DNA from: Clostridia bacterium
GTDB taxonomy: Bacteria > Bacillota > Clostridia > Oscillospirales > CAG-272
Assembly (NCBI GenBank): GCA_017621415.1
Contig: JAGATD010000053.1
Span: 96 to 64,095 of the forward strand
Length of the DNA stretch: 64,000 nucleotides
Direction of reading: 5' to 3'
This document shows, one piece after another, positions 57,638 through 64,000 of this stretch. The number at the start of each line of letters is the position of its first letter. Within the stretch, counting starts at the first letter, position 1. A program made the position numbers and the translations under genes. The notes beneath the pieces were generated by a model. That model did not search any database and was not told the DNA's origin. It was given only the letters and a program-made list of their open reading frames with translations.

Positions 57638-58066
57638 TTACAGATAAGACCTTAATTCCTTAGAGAGATATTCCTCCGAGGCAATAAGCCTTTTTGCAAT
57701 ATCTCGTGACTCCTTGTCTGCCGCTTTATATTTGTTCAGATACTTTGACAGTGATTTAACTCCCATATCGCATCCGTCGGTAATAACATCAGCAACGGTT
57801 TCGTCTTTGGGGCTCATCATTTTAGCATATATCTTCATATCGCTCATTGCTCTGATTACAGGGTGAGGGTCCTTTGTCTCAGCTCCGAGAGAGAGCAGCT
57901 TTGCATGAGTTTCGTCGCCTAAAGATGCGTGTGTATTTTTGCACACCTCAAGTGTTTTTTTCATTTCTTCATTTTTTGCATGGGGGAGTACCTTTGAAAT
58001 GGCGCTTTCTCCCATTTTTATTCCTGCGTTACATTCACGCAGCAGCTTTACTGTATCGTTTTCCAT
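57638..58066 (-). CDS. Hypothetical helical protein (possibly a ferritin-like four-helix bundle)
   Basis: 142-aa ORF with a helix-rich composition. I cannot place it in a family confidently. Confidence 0.55.
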   Translation of the reverse strand: MENDTVKLLRECNAGIKMGESAISKVLPHAKNEEMKKTLEVCKNTHASLGDETHAKLLSLGAETKDPHPVIRAMSDMKIYAKMMSPKDETVADVITDGCDMGVKSLSKYLNKYKAADKESRDIAKRLIASEEYLSKELRSYL

Positions 58067-58146
58067 ATATATTTATTCCTTTTGTAATCGGTTTATGCTT
58101 ATTATGCTTAACAGGGACAAAAATATACGTAGACGCTTTTGTATTA

Positions 58147-58308
58147 TCAGGCTTCAGTAAATTCAAAATTCGAATATAAAAGTTTTGTGCCTATGTCAAC
58201 ACCGGGCGGAAGCAGAGCCATGGCGATAAAAAGCTCCTCGCCGTCAGACTCTCGGCTTAGATATGCGTAATCTCCCTCAATTCTTGTAATTCTGTAATGT
58301 TCTTCCAT
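58147..58308 (-). CDS. Small protein, DUF3006-like (not in the ORF track because it is under 60 aa)
   Basis: 53 aa: MEEHYRITRIEGDYAYLSRESDGEELFIAMALLPPGVDIGTKLLY.... This matches the (I)EGD(Y)A.L.......LP.G pattern I associate with DUF3006. Confidence 0.45.
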   Translation of the reverse strand: MEEHYRITRIEGDYAYLSRESDGEELFIAMALLPPGVDIGTKLLYSNFEFTEA

Positions 58309-58451
58309 TATTTTCCATTCCTTACATTATAATATATATGTTAATTTAAAAAATATTTAAATATTTAGAATTTCTGCTGCTCAGAAAAATTGACACAAAG
58401 AAACCCCGAATGCCCTTATCCATTTTGCATCCGAGGTTTCTCTGTTAAGTA

Positions 58452-58676
58452 TTAGTCAAGGTTAAGTGCGTTGAGCATATCGCGGAGAGTTTTAGCCTCA
58501 GCGACAGAAATGGTAACACCCTTGCCCATTTTCTCGTGGTCGGGAGACCAGGTGCGAATATCATAAACAGGCTCTCTCTCGTTCCAGCTGATAAGGTTAA
58601 GCTCCTTGTTCCAGCCGTTGTTGCCTTCGCTTACAATACCGATTTTGTCCACAACCTCATACTTGATTTCAGGCAT
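58452..58676 (-). CDS. PC4/YdbC-family ssDNA-binding-like protein
   Basis: 74 aa with GWNKELNLISWNEREPVYDIRTWSPDHEKMGKGVTI. Confidence 0.65.
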   Translation of the reverse strand: MPEIKYEVVDKIGIVSEGNNGWNKELNLISWNEREPVYDIRTWSPDHEKMGKGVTISVAEAKTLRDMLNALNLD

Positions 58677-58956
58677 TTTCTCTTCTCCTTAATAAAATAG
58701 TGGTATAAAATCTTTTAAAATAAATAAATTACTTATTTTGATATTATTTTAGCACACTATTTTGCACTTGTCAAGGAATATGTAAAAATATGACGAAAAA
58801 TTTTTAAAAAATTAGTTACTTTTCAGTCTTTTTATCAAATTTTGTTCATTTTTTTGCCAAAAACAACAAAAAAGCATAAAAAAGCTCCCCCCGAGTGGGG
58901 GAGCCGGACATTTTTAGTGTTTAATTATCAGCTGATAACGGTCTGCAATAATATGC

Positions 58957-60444
58957 TTATTTTGCGGTAGCCCACATATCTCCGTTATATTCTTGAAGGA
59001 AGTCCTCGCCAACCTTTCTGAACTGAGCAGCAGCGTAATTGTCTCTGAAGGCAAATACACCGCTCATGAGTCCGAAGTATCTGTCAATTATCTGAGCAAA
59101 GACAATAAGCTTTTTGTCCTCGAGCCATGCAAAGGATACGGCATCGTCATACATAAATCCGTCGGTAGTTCTGAGTCCGCCGTGGTCGTTTGAATAACCA
59201 AGCTGAGGGAATTTGCCAAAGACGTTGTGGTTAACACCGAATGGGAGAACCTTGTCGCCCTGAGCATTGGTGTAATGAAGCTCACCTGTTTTGCCGTCAT
59301 CGGAGAATGTAAAGTGGAACTTTGTAATACCCATGGGGTTCTCTTCGCACTCGTAAACTTTTCCGTTAAGCTCTTTTCTAAAGGAGGAGTCCTCCATACC
59401 CTGCATCGAGCGGAGCTTAAGGTCTGATGTGCGCTTTGTAAGTCTCTCAAGGGCATCCTTGTCCTCGGGTAGAGGCTCGTCGGAGAGGTTATCCACGATT
59501 ATATCAAAGAATGCGTTGACCATAATGTTTCTGATAAGGTTGTCTGTTCCCTGGTGGTCTGCGGTGCAAACAAATACAAGTCCTCTGTCGGGAAGAGCTA
59601 TTGTAATTTCGTCACCCATACCTACGAAGGCAAAGCCGTTCTGCTCGGTGCGCCAAATCTGATAGCCGTAGCCGTGGATAAAGCAGGCATTAAACCACTT
59701 TGAGGAGTTGTCAACCTGCTTTGAGGTTGCGTCTTTAACAAATTTCTCGTTTATAAGACGCTCACCCTCCCATACGCCGCCGTCCATAAGAAGCTGTGCG
59801 CATGATGCCATATCGCGGGTGGTGCAGAGCAGTGCCGAGTCGCCCCAGGAGTCATTATTTCTTGTTTTAAGAATATTTGCGGTCTTAAATGTGCCCATTT
59901 TGTTAAAGAGCTTCGATTTTAAGTAATCAAGCATCGGCATTCCCGAAAGTCTCTCTACTATGGCGCATAGAACCTGTGAGCCGGCGCTGTCATACTCCCA
60001 TATCGTTCCAGCAGGGTGAACCGATGTACGCTCATTAAAATAAATATGAGTTCTGTCCGGGTTCTTTGTGTCATAGAACCAGTTTACGGGATTGCCCACG
60101 GTTGTCATAGTGAGCATCTGGCGAACGGTTTGCTCCTTAAGGTGAATTGATATCTCACCGTCAATCTTATCAGGGAAGATGTCGCATACCTTATCATCAA
60201 GGGAGAGTTTTCCCTCCTCCTCAAGAAGTCCGATAGCGATAGCCGCATAGCTCTTTGTCTGAGAGTACATACGGTGGCAAAAATCCTTGTTAAAGGGCGC
60301 CCAGTAGTTCTCGTTGAATATTTTGCCGTGACGCATCATAAGAATACTGTGCATTATTGCGCCGCGCTTCTCTATTCTGTCAATAAATTTTACTATTTTG
60401 TCGGAGGATATGCCCGCCGCCTCGGGTGTAATTCTTTCAAACAT
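58957..60444 (-). CDS. Serine hydrolase (beta-lactamase fold)
   Basis: S-x-x-K motif SQTK. Paralogue of the next gene. Confidence 0.8.
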   Translation of the reverse strand: MFERITPEAAGISSDKIVKFIDRIEKRGAIMHSILMMRHGKIFNENYWAPFNKDFCHRMYSQTKSYAAIAIGLLEEEGKLSLDDKVCDIFPDKIDGEISIHLKEQTVRQMLTMTTVGNPVNWFYDTKNPDRTHIYFNERTSVHPAGTIWEYDSAGSQVLCAIVERLSGMPMLDYLKSKLFNKMGTFKTANILKTRNNDSWGDSALLCTTRDMASCAQLLMDGGVWEGERLINEKFVKDATSKQVDNSSKWFNACFIHGYGYQIWRTEQNGFAFVGMGDEITIALPDRGLVFVCTADHQGTDNLIRNIMVNAFFDIIVDNLSDEPLPEDKDALERLTKRTSDLKLRSMQGMEDSSFRKELNGKVYECEENPMGITKFHFTFSDDGKTGELHYTNAQGDKVLPFGVNHNVFGKFPQLGYSNDHGGLRTTDGFMYDDAVSFAWLEDKKLIVFAQIIDRYFGLMSGVFAFRDNYAAAQFRKVGEDFLQEYNGDMWATAK

Positions 60445-60456
60445 TTTATTTTCTCC

Positions 60457-61959
60457 TTAATTGTTTTTATAAATCTGTCTTTTAGCTGTCGCATAGCCGT
60501 CGTATTCGTTAAGGAAGTCCTCAGCGCACTTTGTCATTCTGACAGTAGCATCGTCGCCCTTGAACGCGAATATCCAGTCTGCGTTACCAAAATATCTGTC
60601 TATAATCTGTACCGAAAGGCGAATCTTGTTGTCCTGCAGCCAGGCAAAGGATACCGCATCGTCATACATAAAGCCGTCGGTGGTTCTGAGACCGCCAAAG
60701 TCGTTTGAATAGCCAAGCTGTGGGAACTTGCCAAATACGTTGTGGTTTATGCCAAATGGCAAAATCTTATCACCCTGCTCATTGGTATAGTGAAGCTCTC
60801 CTGCTTTTCCATCGGGAGAGAAATGGAACGAGAAGCGGGAAATTCCTATAGGGTTTTTGCTGCATCTGTATTCCGCTCCGTCAAGCTGCGCTCTGAACGG
60901 TGAATCCTCAGAGCCCTTGGCGGAAATCAGCTTAAGGTCTTTTGTAGCCTCTGTAAGAGCTTCTTTAGCTGCTATATCTTCGGCAAGAGGCTTTTCAGAG
61001 TAGGAGTCCATAACAATATCAAAGAAGCCACCCAGAATGCACTGTGCCGCAGAAGCGTTGCCTTGAGTGTCGGCGGTGCAGACAAAGATTATATCATGGT
61101 CGGGAAGGCAAATTGTGAACTGAGAGCCCATACCGTAAAAGGCAAAGCCGTTAAGGTCTGTGCGCCAAATCTGGTAGCCGTAGCCGTATCTCCATATGCT
61201 CTCGCTGTATTCGGTGTTATCTACCACCTTTGAGGTAGCAAGGCGAAGATACTTTTCGTTCATCAATCTTTTGCCGTTCCAGGTGCCGAAGTTCATTACA
61301 AACCGAGCAAAGGACATCATATCTCTTGGAGTACAAATAAGAGCTGAGTCGCCCCAGGAGTCGCCGTTTCTGGTTTTAAGCATTGTGGCGGTTTTAAAGG
61401 TACCAAGGTGCTTAAAAATCTTTTCGTTAAGGTAATCAAAGGTAGACATGCCCGAAAGCTTTTCTACAAGGCTTGACAAAACCTGCGAGCCCGCGCTGTC
61501 ATATTCCCAAATCGTACCTGCCGCACGGCAGCCCTCGTATCTGTTATGATTAAAATAGAATACTGTTCTGTCGGAGTAGGAAGTGTTTTCAAACCAGCTT
61601 CCGCACTCGCTGACGGTGGTCATGGTCAACATCTCACGAACGGTCTGCTTTTTTAGATTTTCGGGAATAATATTGTATATTTTCTCGGGGAAATATTTTA
61701 TTATAGGGTCGTCAAGGTGGAGCTTTCCTTCTTCCTCAAGAAGACCGATAGCTATAGAAGTATAACTCTTTGTCTGAGAATACATTCGGTGGCAGAAATC
61801 CTTGTTAAATGGCGCCCAATAGTATTCTGCGAATAGCTTGTCGCCTTTCATCATAAGCACAGAGTGCATCTGCATTCCGCGTTTATTCAAGACGTTTATG
61901 TACTTTGCCAAGGCCTTAGAGCTTATACCGGCAGCCTCGGGAGTGATTTTTTCAAACAT
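60457..61959 (-). CDS. Serine hydrolase (beta-lactamase fold), tandem paralogue
   Basis: The N-terminal ~75 aa are nearly identical to the downstream copy (YWAPFNKDFCHRMYSQTKSY). Confidence 0.8.
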   Translation of the reverse strand: MFEKITPEAAGISSKALAKYINVLNKRGMQMHSVLMMKGDKLFAEYYWAPFNKDFCHRMYSQTKSYTSIAIGLLEEEGKLHLDDPIIKYFPEKIYNIIPENLKKQTVREMLTMTTVSECGSWFENTSYSDRTVFYFNHNRYEGCRAAGTIWEYDSAGSQVLSSLVEKLSGMSTFDYLNEKIFKHLGTFKTATMLKTRNGDSWGDSALICTPRDMMSFARFVMNFGTWNGKRLMNEKYLRLATSKVVDNTEYSESIWRYGYGYQIWRTDLNGFAFYGMGSQFTICLPDHDIIFVCTADTQGNASAAQCILGGFFDIVMDSYSEKPLAEDIAAKEALTEATKDLKLISAKGSEDSPFRAQLDGAEYRCSKNPIGISRFSFHFSPDGKAGELHYTNEQGDKILPFGINHNVFGKFPQLGYSNDFGGLRTTDGFMYDDAVSFAWLQDNKIRLSVQIIDRYFGNADWIFAFKGDDATVRMTKCAEDFLNEYDGYATAKRQIYKNN

Positions 61960-62041
61960 CTGATTTACCTCTAAAATATTTTATTATTTTACAACAAATA
62001 CAGTATACTCTTTTGTACCCTAAAAGTCAAGCCCGAAAATC

Positions 62042-62962
62042 CTATTTTTTGTCCTTATTTTTTGTACTATTCTCCAAAAACGATGATATGGTCGCTGAAG
62101 CAAGAATAAGAAGAGCGCCTATGATAAATTTAAATGACAGGTGGTCTTTGCCCATAATGAGGGAAATAATCCCTGTTATGACAGCAGACACCGGACTTAC
62201 AACAGCGACGGTAACAGAACCAATGTGTTTTACCGCAGTAGTTCTTAAAAGCCAACATAGCCCGATTGAAGCAATTCCAAAAAGCAAAGCGGGTATAAGG
62301 TGAAAGGCAGATAGGCTAAAGCGTATATTTTCAAGAGGCTCACCGTTTATCTTTATGACATCTAGAAAGACAGCTGAAATAAGGCTTGTAAGAAAATATA
62401 CAAGAAGATAAACGTTGTTGAAAAGAGTTGTATCAAGCTTTTTGGCATAAATCCCAGTGGCGACTGTTGATACTCCGACAAGTATTCCAGACATGGCACA
62501 AAGCAATTCGCCTATACCCAAATTACCTCCAAATCCCCCGGCGAATATAAAGCAACCCGAAATGCATATGACTACAGCAAGAATTTGCTTAAACGATGGG
62601 CAGCGGCCTGTAAAAGCGAAAATGGCAAAAGGAACCGCTGCGCAGGAAAGATGCTCAAGAAAAGCATAATTTGACGGGGTTGTGTATTGAAGCCCTATTC
62701 TCTGCATCACCATAGCTACAGAATTGATGAGGCATATGGGCACAGAACGGATAATAAAGCTTCGGTCAAGCTGCTTCAGCTTTGTTCGCGATATCGTCAG
62801 AAAGAATATCAGAGACGAAAAAGTAAAAACAATGCTTAGAGCGGATGCAGAGTAATAATCAAAAAAGCCTTCTATTATAATGGGGTCAAATCCCCATATT
62901 ATAACAACAGCCAAAAGCGCAAAGTAGTACATTATTTTTGTTTTTCTCTTTTCCATCTTCAA
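62042..62962 (-). CDS. DMT-superfamily (EamA-like) transporter
   Basis: 10 predicted TM segments in a two-EamA-like-halves layout. Confidence 0.8.
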   Translation of the reverse strand: MKMEKRKTKIMYYFALLAVVIIWGFDPIIIEGFFDYYSASALSIVFTFSSLIFFLTISRTKLKQLDRSFIIRSVPICLINSVAMVMQRIGLQYTTPSNYAFLEHLSCAAVPFAIFAFTGRCPSFKQILAVVICISGCFIFAGGFGGNLGIGELLCAMSGILVGVSTVATGIYAKKLDTTLFNNVYLLVYFLTSLISAVFLDVIKINGEPLENIRFSLSAFHLIPALLFGIASIGLCWLLRTTAVKHIGSVTVAVVSPVSAVITGIISLIMGKDHLSFKFIIGALLILASATISSFLENSTKNKDKK

Positions 62963-63079
62963 TTTCTCCGTTGTGCCAAGATATGGTATTTACCGGATTA
63001 TTTTAGCACAGGACTTGACTTTTTGGAAGTGAAGCATTATAATGATGGGTGTGAAAAACTTTCATACCAGGGTGGAAAA

Positions 63080-63928
63080 ATGGACACATTTAAAATAAAA
63101 GCAATGCTTGCCGCAGTTCGTCTTGGCAGCTTATCCAAGGCGGCAGAGGAGTTTAATTATACGCCGTCGGCTTTTTCTCATATTCTTACGTCGCTTGAGT
63201 CAGAGCTTGGTGTTTCGCTCTTTGTCAGGAGTTCATCGGGTGTCAGACTTACCGAGGCGGGGGAAAGGCTTTTGCCGACTTTTTCTGCTATGGAGGAGTG
63301 TGAGGAGCAGCTTTTATCAATAGCAAATGAGCTTTCGGGACATGCATCTGGCAGACTTCGCATTGCTACATATTCAAGCATTTCGAGAAACCTGCTTTCT
63401 GATATAATAAAGGAGTTCAGAGAGCAAAATCCCGAAATAAGTCTGACTATAAGTGTTCTTGATGACCTTAGCGGCGTTCTGGAAAACGACCTTGCGGATA
63501 TTATTTTCTCTGACGATATAACATTGAAGAGCTTTGAGTGGACCCCTATTGCAGAAGATAGGTATTTTGCTGTAATGCCTCTCTGCGAGAATGTGAACGG
63601 CAAGGCTATGGCTCTTGATGAGCTATATCGAAAGCCGTTTATCTTTACTAACGACAAGAGTCTCGAGCCATACATAGATAAATCAAGATTTTCTGAAATA
63701 ATCAACCTAAAGTCAGAAGATGATTTGTCCGTTGTGAATATGATAAAGGTTGGAATGGGATCGGCTCTTTTGCCGGAGCTTGTAATAAAGGAAATATCAG
63801 GCGGGGTTAAGGTTTGCCCCGTAGAGCCGCCGATTGTCAGAACTCTTGGCTTTGCTTATAAAAAAGGACATCGAACGAGAGCGTTGACCAGGTTTATAAG
63901 ACTGGTAAAGACTGCAAGAGAAAAATAA
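63080..63928 (+). CDS. LysR-family transcriptional regulator
   Basis: N-terminal HTH (LGSLSKAAEEFNYTPSAFSHIL). It is divergent from the DMT gene. Confidence 0.85.
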   Translation: MDTFKIKAMLAAVRLGSLSKAAEEFNYTPSAFSHILTSLESELGVSLFVRSSSGVRLTEAGERLLPTFSAMEECEEQLLSIANELSGHASGRLRIATYSSISRNLLSDIIKEFREQNPEISLTISVLDDLSGVLENDLADIIFSDDITLKSFEWTPIAEDRYFAVMPLCENVNGKAMALDELYRKPFIFTNDKSLEPYIDKSRFSEIINLKSEDDLSVVNMIKVGMGSALLPELVIKEISGGVKVCPVEPPIVRTLGFAYKKGHRTRALTRFIRLVKTAREK

Positions 63929-63935
63929 AAAACAA

Positions 63936-63962
63936 AACGGTGAAGCTGTATGCTTCACCGTT
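63936..63962 (+). terminator. Intrinsic terminator
   Basis: AACGGTGAAGC pairs with GCTTCACCGTT (11 bp). Confidence 0.7.
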
Positions 63963-64000
63963 AAAGAATGCTTATTTCTCGATAATATGTAAAGTTGGGT

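Overview
This 64-kb window looks like a Firmicutes (Clostridia-like) chromosome. The taxon is inferred from two T-box leaders, DnaD/DnaI-type loader genes, Rex, and the gene order rbfA-nrnA and DUF1385-prmC. Most of it is housekeeping: pfkA, holA, two cyclophilins, guaB, asnA, birA, ileS, pflA/pflB, an M16 peptidase, a GlpA-like/FAD-oxidoreductase/DUF1667 trio, dnaD/dnaI-like genes, rex, tsaD, rimI, nrnA, rbfA, murI, ddl, prmC, nadE, pth, mfd, an amino-acid ABC transporter, metY-metA, three serine-hydrolase paralogues, and a DMT/LysR pair. No rRNA, tRNA, CRISPR array, transposase or integrase was recognised. The clearest accessory region is the AT-rich left edge (1-3300). It holds an AbiQ/ToxN type III toxin gene behind a promoter, a 36-nt phased pseudo-repeat leader and a terminator. 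That gene is tightly followed by a large GIY-YIG fusion protein and by a gene interrupted by a frameshift. About 600 nt of structured non-coding DNA comes next. This is my best candidate for an undescribed (defence-type) module. Other notable items: (1) pflB is broken exactly at the glycyl-radical-domain boundary by an in-frame 147-nt insert with a single stop codon. (2) A ~61/122-nt higher-order tandem repeat follows guaB. (3) WTAGGAG heptamer arrays occur at two loci. (4) A 26-bp GC-rich hairpin has mismatches that are all G-U on the plus strand. (5) A ThyX-fold protein lacking the RHR motif abuts nadE. (6) An MGS-like protein has a degenerate active site. All functional calls rest on motif recognition by eye; no database search was run.
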